The position numbers were made by a program, and so were the translations under genes. DNA of 64,000 nucleotides, taken from positions 32,319 to 96,318 of the forward strand of contig JBLWVX010000007.1 of NCBI GenBank assembly GCA_048268245.1. The letters are read 5' to 3'. Positions 1-10,520 of this stretch are shown in pieces (positions within the stretch are counted from its first letter, which is position 1; each line of letters begins with the position of its first letter). The DNA is from Arcobacteraceae bacterium (GTDB lineage: Bacteria > Campylobacterota > Campylobacteria > Campylobacterales > Arcobacteraceae). The notes under the pieces were generated by a model. The model saw only the letters and a list, made by a program, of their open reading frames with translations. It had not been told where the DNA came from and did no database searches.

Positions 1-635
1 ATATACTCTTTTAAATCAACACTATACCCAACTACAATATTCAATTTAGGAAAATCTTTTATATATGAAACTTTAAAATCTTCTTCATTCGAATTTGATT
101 CATTGTTAGAGTAAAGAATGAAACCTTCACTCTTTTTTTGTATTAGTTTATTGAATTTTTTTAAATAGTCTTTGTTTGTATATATTGGTTCACCTAAACT
201 TCTATCATAGTTTAAATCAAGAAATTTAGTATTGTCTTTGTAAGTATAAATAAAATATTCGCCATTATCACTTGACTTAACTTGACTAAGAGATTTTAAA
301 AGCTCAATTTGAATTGAGCTATGAAGGTCTTTATTTTGTTCATCTTGTTTATTTAAAACTCTACTTGCAAATTCAATCTTTGATTTTATATTATCTTTTA
401 TAACATTTAAAGAACTTGCTTTCTTAAATTTTATATATGAATTAACAGACTCAACTATTGTCAATACTCTTAACTCTTCTTTATCTAAAAAATCTTCTTT
501 TAATTTATTATAATCTGTTTCAAATTTTGAATTAGCTTTTTCTATATGAATAAAAGTAATAATTGATGCTGTTAATATAATAAACACCATAGGTATTATA
601 TATATCAAACCAGTAAAGTGCTTTTCTTTAAACAT
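1..635 (-). CDS. N-terminal fragment of a membrane sensor with a Cache-like periplasmic domain (runs off the window edge)
   Basis: ATG at 635 opens a frame to the window edge. It reads MFKEKHFTGLIYIIPMVFIILTASIITFIHI (TM helix), then ...NGEYFIYTY...EGFILY...KVSYIKDFPKLNIVVGY, a Cache-like pattern. Not in the ORF track because it is truncated. Confidence 0.7.
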   Translation of the reverse strand, partial: MFKEKHFTGLIYIIPMVFIILTASIITFIHIEKANSKFETDYNKLKEDFLDKEELRVLTIVESVNSYIKFKKASSLNVIKDNIKSKIEFASRVLNKQDEQNKDLHSSIQIELLKSLSQVKSSDNGEYFIYTYKDNTKFLDLNYDRSLGEPIYTNKDYLKKFNKLIQKKSEGFILYSNNESNSNEEDFKVSYIKDFPKLNIVVGYSVDLKEY

Positions 636-643
636 ATATTATC

Positions 644-868
644 TTAAATTTTAAATTCTTGCTCTACTTGCTTGGCTAAAAGCTCACCTTTTATACTGAG
701 TGATGAATCTAAAACATATTGATCTTTTTTTAAATTCTTAAGTAATCTTTTTCCCTCTTTTAGTGAAAAAAGTCCACTATTTTCAAGCTTTAAAACTACA
801 TCATTTAAAGACTCATCACTATCTTTTTTAAGAATACCTAAAAGTAAAACTTTTTCATTTATATCCAT
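644..868 (-). CDS. Small hypothetical protein (74 aa), possibly winged-helix-like
   Basis: ORF overlaps the MFS stop and ends 8 nt before the next ATG; helical pattern ending LSIKG. Confidence 0.6.
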   Translation of the reverse strand: MDINEKVLLLGILKKDSDESLNDVVLKLENSGLFSLKEGKRLLKNLKKDQYVLDSSLSIKGELLAKQVEQEFKI

Positions 869-2040
869 GTTTTAATCCTAATAAAATATAGAGCAAATAG
901 CATAAATCCAAGCCCTAAAACAACAGTAATTATAGCAAGAGAAGTTAAAGTTGCCATTAATCCAATAAACATAGTCGTTATTATGCATGAAATCATGAAA
1001 AACATATCATTATAAGAGATTACTCTACCTAAGTACTCATCATCACATTTCTCTTGTAAAAGTGCATAAGTAATAGACCATAAAACAGTAGTGAACAATC
1101 CTGTCATAAAAACAAATATTAATGATACATAAAAGTTATGTTGAGTTAATCCCCAAAGAATGATAGCAATTCCTTGAATTATTAATAAATAGTGTATATT
1201 TGTTTTATTTACATACTTTGATATAAAAAATGGTCCAATCATTAAAGCAAATGCTCTAACGGCATTTGAAATTCCTATAGCCAAAGGAACAGCTATTACA
1301 TACTTATATTCATTTTTAGCAAGTAGTGTTACTAATGTATCAAAAGATGTAAGACCAACACTTGCATGTAAAAAAATTAGGTGCATGATTTTTGGATTTT
1401 CTTTAATATAGAAAAAACCATCTTTTATTAAAGCAAATATTTTATGTTTAATTTCACTTTGTTTTACTTCAAAATCTATTCTAATAAGTACTAAAAGAGC
1501 TGCTAAAAAAAATCCTGCATCTATAATAAAAGCTGTTTTTACACCCACATAATTAACTACAACTCCACTTATTCCCATACCTGCTGAGTAAGCAAAAGAC
1601 CAAATAATAGAATGAACCTCATTTGCTTTTTGTAGAGCAGGTCCTTTTACTAATTTTGCAAGTAATGACATCTCTGTAGAGAAAAACATAGAAGCACAAC
1701 TCATTCTAATAAATATAAATATCAAAAGAAGCCATATTTGACTTTTGTCATCAATAAGTAAAAAACAAAGTGTCATCAGTAGCTCAACACTTAAAAGTGC
1801 TACCATTAAATTTTTTAGTTTAAATCTATCTATAATAGCCCCTGAAAAAGGAGCTATTAATACAGCTGGTAAAAAGTGCATTGCTGTTACTACAGCAATT
1901 GCTAACTCAGAAGAACCAAATTGAACAAGCATTGTATAAATAGCAACATTTGAAAACCATGCTCCAAAATATGCTATTAATTGAACTGCTGATAAATCTC
2001 TTATTACCTTATGTTTTGAAAATAACTCACGATAATTCAA
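859..2040 (-). CDS. MFS transporter (DHA3/macrolide-efflux-like family)
   Basis: About 12 hydrophobic segments; motif A-like GAIIDRFKLK; YLGRV in the C-terminal half; GTG start overlapping the upstream stop. Confidence 0.9.
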   Translation of the reverse strand: MNYRELFSKHKVIRDLSAVQLIAYFGAWFSNVAIYTMLVQFGSSELAIAVVTAMHFLPAVLIAPFSGAIIDRFKLKNLMVALLSVELLMTLCFLLIDDKSQIWLLLIFIFIRMSCASMFFSTEMSLLAKLVKGPALQKANEVHSIIWSFAYSAGMGISGVVVNYVGVKTAFIIDAGFFLAALLVLIRIDFEVKQSEIKHKIFALIKDGFFYIKENPKIMHLIFLHASVGLTSFDTLVTLLAKNEYKYVIAVPLAIGISNAVRAFALMIGPFFISKYVNKTNIHYLLIIQGIAIILWGLTQHNFYVSLIFVFMTGLFTTVLWSITYALLQEKCDDEYLGRVISYNDMFFMISCIITTMFIGLMATLTSLAIITVVLGLGFMLFALYFIRIKTWI

Positions 2041-3733
2041 TTTGGATTAATACCTCTTGATACATAGCAGAAAAAGAATCTTCATCCTCTTTATTAGGAG
2101 TTAAGTAATTAACATACTTATTCCCAGCATAGAAAAAGGCACAATTTTCTTTTATGTCAACACTTGTTTTTACTTTAAATTGTGAGCTTCCATATGGTGA
2201 AGATATTTTTACTTCACTTCCATCTTCAAAACCTACATTTGGATGAAGATATACATTATTATCACTATTAAACTGCGAATTTAATGAGTTTTTACTTTTA
2301 GCAGTTATTAAATAGAAATTCTCTTCTGTTTTATTTTTGTATAAAGGCTCTACATCAAGCTCTTCTATAAATTCAAAAGTATCAAACTTTTCATACTCTA
2401 CTTTATTATTTTCATAATAATCAAGAATTTCATCTTCTTCTTTTAAAGGCTCATATGAAAACTTTTCTATTAAATACTTAGCTAAATCATATTCACTAAT
2501 AGTCTCTTTTGATGCTTCATTTATAACTTCTGATATAGCAATAAATTCATGTCCATAAGATAGTCTAATATCTCTTTTACATAAAAAATCACTTGAAGGA
2601 ATAATAAGATCTGCATATTCACAAGTATCATTATATGTAGTTCCAAAATAAACAACAAAACTTTTTTTAAGTCCATCTATAACAGCTTGTGTATTTGGTG
2701 CTGATACTACTGGATTTGCCCCTTGGATAAATACTAAATCGTAAGAGCCAAAATCAAGTGAGGCTACTGATACTTTTTTGTTTTTGCCTTTATATGCAAA
2801 TTGTTTCTCATATCCATAATTTGAATCACTTAAATACCATACTCCACCTGCTTCTTGATTGTGAATACCCAAAAACATTGCAAAGCCATCAATAGCTCTC
2901 ATTATTTGAGCACCTTCAAAATATTTTTGAACACCAAGTCCTAATACTATTGATACTTTTTTACCTTCAATAATGTCAAATAGTTTATAAGCATCATTTA
3001 AAGCAACTCCTGTTGTTGCTTCATAAGATACCAAAGGTCTATTTTTTGATATATCAAAAAACCAATCATGACCTTCACTATTTTCCTCAAGATACTCTTC
3101 ATCATCTAATCTATTCATAAATGTAAGTCTAGTTAAATACAAAGCCAACTCATGATCTGTTTTAGGGTTTAATTGTAAGTGAAGTTCTGACTTTTTAGCA
3201 ATTTGGGTTTTTATTGGATCTATAGTAATAAATGTTTTATCTTTAACAAGATTATATATATGAGAAGAAGTTTGAGTAAAATTTCTACCCCATACAATAA
3301 TTACATCAGAATCTATTAAATCTTGAATTGGTGGATTTTGTACACTACCTCTATTAGCTTCAATTCCAGCACCTCCACCTCCATCACATAAACTTCCTTT
3401 TGTTAAAACTGCTCCATGCTTAGCAAAAAAGTTTTTAGGGGCACTTTGCATTACACCTAAATTTCCACTTCCCTTATAAAATAAAGTAGAATTAACATCT
3501 GTTGTTTTTAATTTATCTTCTAAAATATCTAAAGAGTCTTGTAAAGAAATATCAGCCCCTTCATATTTTGCTGTTTGTAGATTATCTTGTTTTAATAAAC
3601 TTGCAAAGTTTACACATAATTTTCCATTTGTTACACTATTTTCTTTTGAACCTTTTATTACTCCATCAATACTTTTTGCCTGACATGCGTCATAACAGTC
3701 TAATGGACAGGCTACTTTTTTATCTAAACTCAA
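2027..3733 (-). CDS. Cytoplasmic molybdopterin-dependent oxidoreductase with an N-terminal 4Fe-4S motif
   Basis: CPLDCYDAC...GKLC cluster motif; WGRN, IDP, GANP and YADLIIP motifs; C-terminal molybdopterin-dinucleotide domain (LHP...SPYG); no Tat signal. Confidence 0.85.
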   Translation of the reverse strand: MSLDKKVACPLDCYDACQAKSIDGVIKGSKENSVTNGKLCVNFASLLKQDNLQTAKYEGADISLQDSLDILEDKLKTTDVNSTLFYKGSGNLGVMQSAPKNFFAKHGAVLTKGSLCDGGGGAGIEANRGSVQNPPIQDLIDSDVIIVWGRNFTQTSSHIYNLVKDKTFITIDPIKTQIAKKSELHLQLNPKTDHELALYLTRLTFMNRLDDEEYLEENSEGHDWFFDISKNRPLVSYEATTGVALNDAYKLFDIIEGKKVSIVLGLGVQKYFEGAQIMRAIDGFAMFLGIHNQEAGGVWYLSDSNYGYEKQFAYKGKNKKVSVASLDFGSYDLVFIQGANPVVSAPNTQAVIDGLKKSFVVYFGTTYNDTCEYADLIIPSSDFLCKRDIRLSYGHEFIAISEVINEASKETISEYDLAKYLIEKFSYEPLKEEDEILDYYENNKVEYEKFDTFEFIEELDVEPLYKNKTEENFYLITAKSKNSLNSQFNSDNNVYLHPNVGFEDGSEVKISSPYGSSQFKVKTSVDIKENCAFFYAGNKYVNYLTPNKEDEDSFSAMYQEVLIQIELS

Positions 3734-4427
3734 TTTTTACTAACCTTGAAAATGTTTTAACCTTATCTACAATAATTTCCACTTTATATGATGAAATATG
3801 TGATGAATCAGCAACAGAGTATATTTTATTTATTTTTATATTTGTTTCTTTACCATCTAAAAATATCTTTTTATTTTTTATATTATCAATACTTGAAATA
3901 GGCACAAAAAACTCTAATTTTCCTTTTGATAAATCTTGTGCTTCATATAAAAGTGTTCCAGGATTAACATAATCCCCTTTTTTTACTGCGATATTAGATA
4001 TATAATTTGATTTTTCAATCAACCTTTTTTTTGAAATAGTATCTTTTAAACCCTCTATTTTTATAATAATATCTGCTTTTGAGGATTTAAGATTTACTAC
4101 TTTTAACTTTTGTGAGTCTTTTTCAAAAGCTGGTTTTGAAGATACTCTACTTAATCTTTCATAATTCTTTTGTTCAATATTTATCATTTCATTTATATAT
4201 GAAAGTTTATTTTTTGATTGTTCTAAATCTATTTTATTTATATTTGAATCAATTTGTACAATCAATGAATTATTTGCTTTTTTTCCTTCAATATTTTCAT
4301 TTGTATATATAACTTTTCCAGAAACTGAAGATTTTATTTTATAACTTTGAACTGGTTGTAGTTTCGCATAATATTCACTTGCAAAAGCTGAACCAATTAA
4401 AAACATACTTATTAACACTGCTTTCAT
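3720..4427 (-). CDS. HlyD/membrane-fusion-type periplasmic adaptor
   Basis: Signal peptide; IKSSVSGKV and VKKGDYVNPGTLL lipoyl half-motifs flanking a coiled-coil hairpin. Confidence 0.75.
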   Translation of the reverse strand: MKAVLISMFLIGSAFASEYYAKLQPVQSYKIKSSVSGKVIYTNENIEGKKANNSLIVQIDSNINKIDLEQSKNKLSYINEMINIEQKNYERLSRVSSKPAFEKDSQKLKVVNLKSSKADIIIKIEGLKDTISKKRLIEKSNYISNIAVKKGDYVNPGTLLYEAQDLSKGKLEFFVPISSIDNIKNKKIFLDGKETNIKINKIYSVADSSHISSYKVEIIVDKVKTFSRLVKIEFR

Positions 4428-5909
4428 TTATAATCCTTTTATATCAACTGCTTTTAAATATTTGATAATATCTTTCTTTAGTATTTCTATATCTTCTTTG
4501 TTCTCTTCAACACTAAATATAAACTCATTTAGTTTTTCATCTTTATTTATATAAACACTTAAAACTTTTAAAAGTTCACTTGTAGTCTTAGATAATCTAA
4601 CTTTTTTTATTAAAGGTATATCATCAAGTTTTTTTAATTTTCTTGAATTTATAACATAATAATATAAACCTAATGTTAATAGTGTTGTAATAATACCCAA
4701 AGAGAAATATAAAATATTATTGCTTATTGAACTTTTCTCAACAACTTTTACAATTTGTTTTTTTTCTACACTTTTCACTGCTTTTTCTAAACTAGCTTTT
4801 ATATTGTTTTGAATATTTTCATTTTTTGTAACTTGTATATTAAAAGTTTGTGTTTTTTTATTTATAATCTCTTTTTTATCCTTATCAAAATATGAAAACT
4901 CAAAAGATGGTATTTTATAAGACTCATTTGAGATTATAGTGTAACTCTTTTCATAAAAGCCTTCATATTTACCATCTATATATTTTGTTTCAATTTTAGC
5001 TTTATTTGAATATATCTTTGCATTTGGGATATTAAGATCAAAATCTTTTATATCATCAAAATTTCCATTCCCCGAAATTTTAATAGTATAATTTACAGCA
5101 TCAAAAGCATTTACACTCTTTTTATCAACACTTGCTTCTATATCAAAGCTACCAACTAAGTCTATATTTTGAGGTAAAGGCTTTACTTTAAGTTTTAAAG
5201 CATTGGAATAAATCTTTTTATTTGAAACACTATTAGTGAAAAAACTCATACTATTTCTTGAGTTATCTACATATTGAGCATCAATTCTTAAAGGCTCAAT
5301 TGTAAGTTCACCACTTTTTTGAGGAAATAGTAAAAACTTTAATTCTGTAACTATATAATCATTGTCTTCATAATTTCTTTGATAATTAAGCTTTTTATAC
5401 CAAAAGCTTTGAAAATTTGGATTTATGAAAGCTAAATCGATTATTTGCATTTGTGATTTATATTTAAATTTTAAAAGTAACTCAAAAGGTTCTGATACAT
5501 ATAAATCATTTTTACTCGAAACTATTTCAAAATCAAAATCTTTTGAAATACTCTTTTGAGGTAAAACTAGCTTAAACTCTTTTTCTTTTGTTTCATACTC
5601 TTTACCATCAAGAATAAATTTTAATGATGGAAAAATGAAATTATTATTTGGATAAAAAGAATAAGCTCTTTTTATTTTTTTTGTAATTTTTGAGTTTATG
5701 ATAGTAGTAGAACTAGAGTTCGAAATAGTTGATACTTTTTGTCCTGATATGTTATCTATTTTAGGAAACTGTATATCTTCACCTTGAAGCTCCAAACTAA
5801 AAGTAAAAGCTTCATTTTTTATGGCACTGTTTGGTAAGTTAAGTTTTACATTTGCAAAAACACTTGAAAGAAATAAAAAAAACAGAATTGCAAATCTAAT
5901 TTTTTTCAT
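4428..5909 (-). CDS. BatD family protein
   Basis: Signal peptide; LFPQKSGELTIEP, LKVKPLP...LVGSF, ISGNGNF and IPSFEFSYFD motifs; C-terminal TM helix. Confidence 0.8.
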   Translation of the reverse strand: MKKIRFAILFFLFLSSVFANVKLNLPNSAIKNEAFTFSLELQGEDIQFPKIDNISGQKVSTISNSSSTTIINSKITKKIKRAYSFYPNNNFIFPSLKFILDGKEYETKEKEFKLVLPQKSISKDFDFEIVSSKNDLYVSEPFELLLKFKYKSQMQIIDLAFINPNFQSFWYKKLNYQRNYEDNDYIVTELKFLLFPQKSGELTIEPLRIDAQYVDNSRNSMSFFTNSVSNKKIYSNALKLKVKPLPQNIDLVGSFDIEASVDKKSVNAFDAVNYTIKISGNGNFDDIKDFDLNIPNAKIYSNKAKIETKYIDGKYEGFYEKSYTIISNESYKIPSFEFSYFDKDKKEIINKKTQTFNIQVTKNENIQNNIKASLEKAVKSVEKKQIVKVVEKSSISNNILYFSLGIITTLLTLGLYYYVINSRKLKKLDDIPLIKKVRLSKTTSELLKVLSVYINKDEKLNEFIFSVEENKEDIEILKKDIIKYLKAVDIKGL

Positions 5910-5911
5910 AT

Positions 5912-8035
5912 TTAAAACTCCAATGTTCCTTCAATAGCAAAGTTTGCTTTTGAATCTAATTCAGCATGAGATAATACAGCTACTTGAAGACCAAACTTTT
6001 CATATATTTCAGAAATTCTTTTTCTAAGTGATGGGTCAACTACCATTGCAACTTTACTATACCCTTTTGCTTCAATTTGCTCAATTAAATCTTTTGTATG
6101 GGTTACAAGGTTATTAATTTCAGCAATTGATAACATAAGCTGTGTTGCACCATGTTGGTCTTGTAGTTTTCCAATAAACTGTTGTTCTAACTCAGGTTTT
6201 ATAGTAACAATATGTAAAACGCCATCATTATCAACATATTTTTGAGTAATTAATCTATAAAGCTTAGATCTAACATGTTCAAGTAAAACATCAGGTGCTT
6301 TAGTAAATTCAGCAATATCTGCAATAGCTTCAACAATTGTTAACATATCAACAATTGGTATTTTTTCATGAAGTAAATCTTTTGATACTTTTAATAAAGT
6401 TCCATATGATGTAACTTTCATAGCTTCATCAACTACTATAGGGAAGTCTTTTTTTAACCTATCAATAATATCAACAATATCTTGTCTTGTAATAATATCT
6501 TCTGCATGCTTTTTAATAATCTCTGATATATGAGTTGAAATAATAGTAGGAGCATCAACAACTGTAAAACCTTTCATTAATGCTTCTTCTTTTAAATCTT
6601 GAGAAATCCATGTTGCATCAAGATTAAATACAGGTTCTTTTACTTTTAAACCTCTAAGTTTTTCTGTACCTAAACCTCCCATTGCAAGAAGTTTGTCAGT
6701 TTCAACTCTACCTTTAACTAATGGAATTCTTTTTAAATATAATTGATACTCATTTGGAGCAAGACTTGCATCATCTGAAATTCTAATTTGAGGAATGATA
6801 AAACCTAACTCACCTGCTATTGTCTTTCTAATAGCTTTGATTTTATCTAAAAGTTCAGAATTTCCTTGAACTAATTGAAGAAGTCTAATTCCAAGTTTTA
6901 ACTCCAAGACTTCCATTTTCATAATAGTTTCAATATTCTGTTCTTCATTTGCAGCTGCTGCTTGCTTTTTCTTCTCTTTTATAGTTTCAATATCATCAGT
7001 CATCTTAGTTTTAGATTCTTTTTCCTCCGGTTTAGTTTGAAAGAATCTTGTAATTGCATTTTCTTGACCATTTTCAATCATACTTATTGTATAACCTATA
7101 AATATCATCATTGCACCCATAACAACTAAAATACCTGTAGGGAAACCTGGTACAAAACCAAAAAGAATCATACCAATACCAACTAATACTAAAGCTTTTG
7201 AATCTTTTACAAGTTGTATTACAGATTGGTTTGCAAATTTATCTTCATCCATATTAGATCGTGTAATAATAATAGCAGTTGCTGTTGATAAAATAAGTGC
7301 AGGAATTTGAGCTACTAGTCCATCACCAATCGTTAAAATTGTATAAATTTTTCCACTTTCAGTAACAGTCATATCATGTTGGAAAAGACCTATCAATAAT
7401 CCACCAATTAAATTTACTAAAGTGATAATAATACCAGCAACAGCATCACCTTTTACAAACTTAGATGACCCATCCATAGCTCCATAAAAGTTTGCTTCAG
7501 AAATCAGTGATTTTCTTCTTTCTTGTGCTTCTTTATCATCAATAAAACCAGCATTTAAATCTGCATCAATAGCCATTTGTTTACCAGGCATTGAATCAAG
7601 ATTAAATCTTGCAGTAACTTCAGCAACCCTTGTAGCACCTTTTGTTACAACCATAAAGTTAATAAGTACTAAAATAATAAATACAATAATACCTATTACC
7701 ATATTTCCACCAACAACAAATTCACCAAAGGCTGAAATAATCGAACTTACAGCATCAGGGCCATTATGTCCCTCACTTAAAATAGATCTAGTAGTTGCAA
7801 TATTTAAGGAAAGCCTAAATAGTGCTAATATAAGTATAATTGTTGGAAAAGTTGTTAAGTCTGAGGGTTTATGAATATATAATGAGATTAATAAAATAAG
7901 TAATGATAAAGATAAAGATATTACCAAAAAAAAATCTAATATACCCTTTGATAAGGGAACTATAATAATTACTAATATAGATACAAATAATGCAACTACA
8001 AATAAATCTTTCGATAATATCTTTCTTATGTTCAT
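5912..8035 (-). CDS. flhA: Flagellar export gate protein FlhA
   Basis: FHIPEP motifs RVAEVTARFNLDSMPGKQMAIDADL and FYGAMDGSSKFVKGDA. Confidence 0.97.
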   Translation of the reverse strand: MNIRKILSKDLFVVALFVSILVIIIVPLSKGILDFFLVISLSLSLLILLISLYIHKPSDLTTFPTIILILALFRLSLNIATTRSILSEGHNGPDAVSSIISAFGEFVVGGNMVIGIIVFIILVLINFMVVTKGATRVAEVTARFNLDSMPGKQMAIDADLNAGFIDDKEAQERRKSLISEANFYGAMDGSSKFVKGDAVAGIIITLVNLIGGLLIGLFQHDMTVTESGKIYTILTIGDGLVAQIPALILSTATAIIITRSNMDEDKFANQSVIQLVKDSKALVLVGIGMILFGFVPGFPTGILVVMGAMMIFIGYTISMIENGQENAITRFFQTKPEEKESKTKMTDDIETIKEKKKQAAAANEEQNIETIMKMEVLELKLGIRLLQLVQGNSELLDKIKAIRKTIAGELGFIIPQIRISDDASLAPNEYQLYLKRIPLVKGRVETDKLLAMGGLGTEKLRGLKVKEPVFNLDATWISQDLKEEALMKGFTVVDAPTIISTHISEIIKKHAEDIITRQDIVDIIDRLKKDFPIVVDEAMKVTSYGTLLKVSKDLLHEKIPIVDMLTIVEAIADIAEFTKAPDVLLEHVRSKLYRLITQKYVDNDGVLHIVTIKPELEQQFIGKLQDQHGATQLMLSIAEINNLVTHTKDLIEQIEAKGYSKVAMVVDPSLRKRISEIYEKFGLQVAVLSHAELDSKANFAIEGTLEF

Positions 8036-8064
8036 ATATGAATTTAACTTTTAATTTAAAATAA

Positions 8065-9219
8065 CTATCTAATAAAATTAACTAATGATAATTCATTAGT
8101 CTTATTTATTGTTGAATATAAAGCTGTGAAAGTTAATTCTAAAGCTTTAGCTTCAACAGCAACTTTTGCTAAATCAGCTGCTGCAATTTCTTGAAACATA
8201 ATATTGTATTGTGTGATTTTTGCAGAAATTTTCTCTTCTGAAATTTCAAATACTCTGTTTCTTCCACCAAGTTCTGCATGGGCAACATTTACTGCATCAT
8301 AAGCACTATTAATGCTTTCTAAACCTTCTGTTAAAGCAGCATTAGCAACTGCATCACTTACAGGATTTCCATCAGAATCAACTTTATTCAAAGCATTTAC
8401 AACATTATCTATTTCATCAAATATGTTTGTTTTTGCTTCAAATTTTGTTCCATCAACATTTGGTGTAGTAATTTGATATGGATACTTAGCAGCATTAGCT
8501 CCAGTATTTGGAGTAACTGTTAACTCATCTGTTGTAGCATTTCCATTAAAATCATATCTAACTAACTTAGTTGGAGCAGTTATAGAATCTGGTTTCCACT
8601 CAAAACCATCTTGATCAACTATTCTTTGAGATGTTGAGAATTCTAAAGTTTCTGCTTTTGTTGCAGTATCTGTTGAATACATCATCATATCAAAACCATT
8701 TACACCTTTTTGTCTATAAGAACCTTCGTCAACTGCTATTTTTCTTAAATGATTATCACCATTGTAATTAACTTCTCCTGTTACAGGGTCTTGAACAAAA
8801 GATGCAATTGATGAGTCTGATCCTGAGAATAAATACTCTCCATCAATTTTCGTATTAGCTAAATCTAAAATATTTTGCTTAACACCTGCAATACTAACTG
8901 CAATTGCTTTTTTACCTTCATCAGTTGTTGTATCTGTATTTGCTTTTAAAAGTTCACTTTTTACTTGTTCTAATAGAGTTTTAATCTCTGCAATAGCTGA
9001 ATCTGATACATTGTTATGAACTGTTGTTTTATTTAATTGATCTTGAATTCCTTCAAAAGTTCTTATTTTATCTTCAACAAAAATTTGTCTAGTAAATAAA
9101 ACAGCATCATCACTACCATTGTCTATCTTTTTTCCTGTACTAGATTGATAAGATATTCTTTGTTGCTCGGCATTTAATCTATCTAATCTATGTAATGTTA
9201 CTTCTGTTTGATTTATCAT
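8065..9219 (-). CDS. flgL: Flagellar hook-associated protein 3 FlgL
   Basis: Flagellin-like N-terminus (STGKKI..SDD), LANTKIDGEYLFSG, C-terminal LSLVNFI. Confidence 0.9.
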   Translation of the reverse strand: MINQTEVTLHRLDRLNAEQQRISYQSSTGKKIDNGSDDAVLFTRQIFVEDKIRTFEGIQDQLNKTTVHNNVSDSAIAEIKTLLEQVKSELLKANTDTTTDEGKKAIAVSIAGVKQNILDLANTKIDGEYLFSGSDSSIASFVQDPVTGEVNYNGDNHLRKIAVDEGSYRQKGVNGFDMMMYSTDTATKAETLEFSTSQRIVDQDGFEWKPDSITAPTKLVRYDFNGNATTDELTVTPNTGANAAKYPYQITTPNVDGTKFEAKTNIFDEIDNVVNALNKVDSDGNPVSDAVANAALTEGLESINSAYDAVNVAHAELGGRNRVFEISEEKISAKITQYNIMFQEIAAADLAKVAVEAKALELTFTALYSTINKTNELSLVNFIR

Positions 9220-10520
9220 TGTAATACCTTTCTGAACATCTGTATAATATCATTGAAATTATACCGTTCCTGTGTACCTTGAGTTAAAAACTCTCTTATT
9301 TGCTCTTTTTTAGCCATTGCTGCATCTAATTCTGGATCCATACCAGGTTTATATGCGCCTACTCTAACTAAAACTTCATTCTCTTTTATTAACGATAATA
9401 CTCTTTTTAACTTTAAAAAGCCATTATAATGCTCTTTATCCACTACTTTATCCATTACCCTTGAAGCTGATTTTAGAAGATTTATAGGGGGATAAAAACC
9501 TTGTTCAGTCAACTCTCTGGTAAGAACAATATGTCCATCTAAAATAGATCTACTTTGGTCAGCAATTGGATCATTCATATCATCCCCATCAACAAGCACT
9601 GTAAAAAAAGCAGTTAATGAGCCTTTGTCATTATTACCAGCACGCTCCATTAGCTGTGGTAAAAGAGCAAAAACTGAGGGTGGATAACCTCTACTTACAG
9701 GTGGTTCGCCTGTACTTAATCCTATTTCTCTTTGAGCCATTGCAAATCTAGTTACAGAATCCATCATAAGTAAAACATCATGACCTTTATCTCTAAAATA
9801 TTCTGCAATTGCCATAGCAGTAAAAGCTCCATATTTTCTCATAAGTGCAGATTCATCAGAAGTTGCAGCAACTATTACTGTGTTTTCTAAATTATTATCA
9901 AGATTATAGTGAATAAATTCAGGTATTTCACGACCCCTTTCACCAATAAGAGCTACAACTTTTATTTGTGCTTCACAACCTTTTACAATCATTCCCATAA
10001 GGGTAGATTTACCAACACCAGAACCTGCAAAGATACCTACTTTTTGACCTTTTCCTGATGTTAGCATAGAATCAATAGACTTTACACCTGTTGAGAATCT
10101 TTCATCAATTATTCCCCTATCAAGAGGAGCCATTGATAGCTTATTTATGGCAGAGTTTTCATGTAAATCTTTTATTTTTCCTTTATCGTCAATAGGATCA
10201 CCCAAAGCATTTACTACTCTTCCTAGAAGTCCATATCCACACTTAACAGAAAGACCTTCTTTTTGCAAGTAAACTTTATCATGTATTCTAAAACCATCAA
10301 TAAAAGAAAAAGGAACTATTGTAAAATCACTTCCATTTATAGAAGCAATCATTCCTAAAACAGTATATAGATGCTGAACAGATTCAATTTTTACAATATC
10401 CCCAACTGCAACTTCTAACCCTGTTGCTATAACAGTTGTACTAGAAATATTTTTGATTCTTCCAAAAGCAACGGATAAATCACTTGATTCAATATTACTA
10501 ATTAATTTATCTAAATCCAT
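9216..10520 (-). CDS. fliI: Flagellar export ATPase FliI
   Basis: Walker A GSGVGKST; IGERGRE, MDSVTRFAMAQREIGL, GYPPSVF and SILDGHI motifs. Confidence 0.97.
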   Translation of the reverse strand: MDLDKLISNIESSDLSVAFGRIKNISSTTVIATGLEVAVGDIVKIESVQHLYTVLGMIASINGSDFTIVPFSFIDGFRIHDKVYLQKEGLSVKCGYGLLGRVVNALGDPIDDKGKIKDLHENSAINKLSMAPLDRGIIDERFSTGVKSIDSMLTSGKGQKVGIFAGSGVGKSTLMGMIVKGCEAQIKVVALIGERGREIPEFIHYNLDNNLENTVIVAATSDESALMRKYGAFTAMAIAEYFRDKGHDVLLMMDSVTRFAMAQREIGLSTGEPPVSRGYPPSVFALLPQLMERAGNNDKGSLTAFFTVLVDGDDMNDPIADQSRSILDGHIVLTRELTEQGFYPPINLLKSASRVMDKVVDKEHYNGFLKLKRVLSLIKENEVLVRVGAYKPGMDPELDAAMAKKEQIREFLTQGTQERYNFNDIIQMFRKVLQ

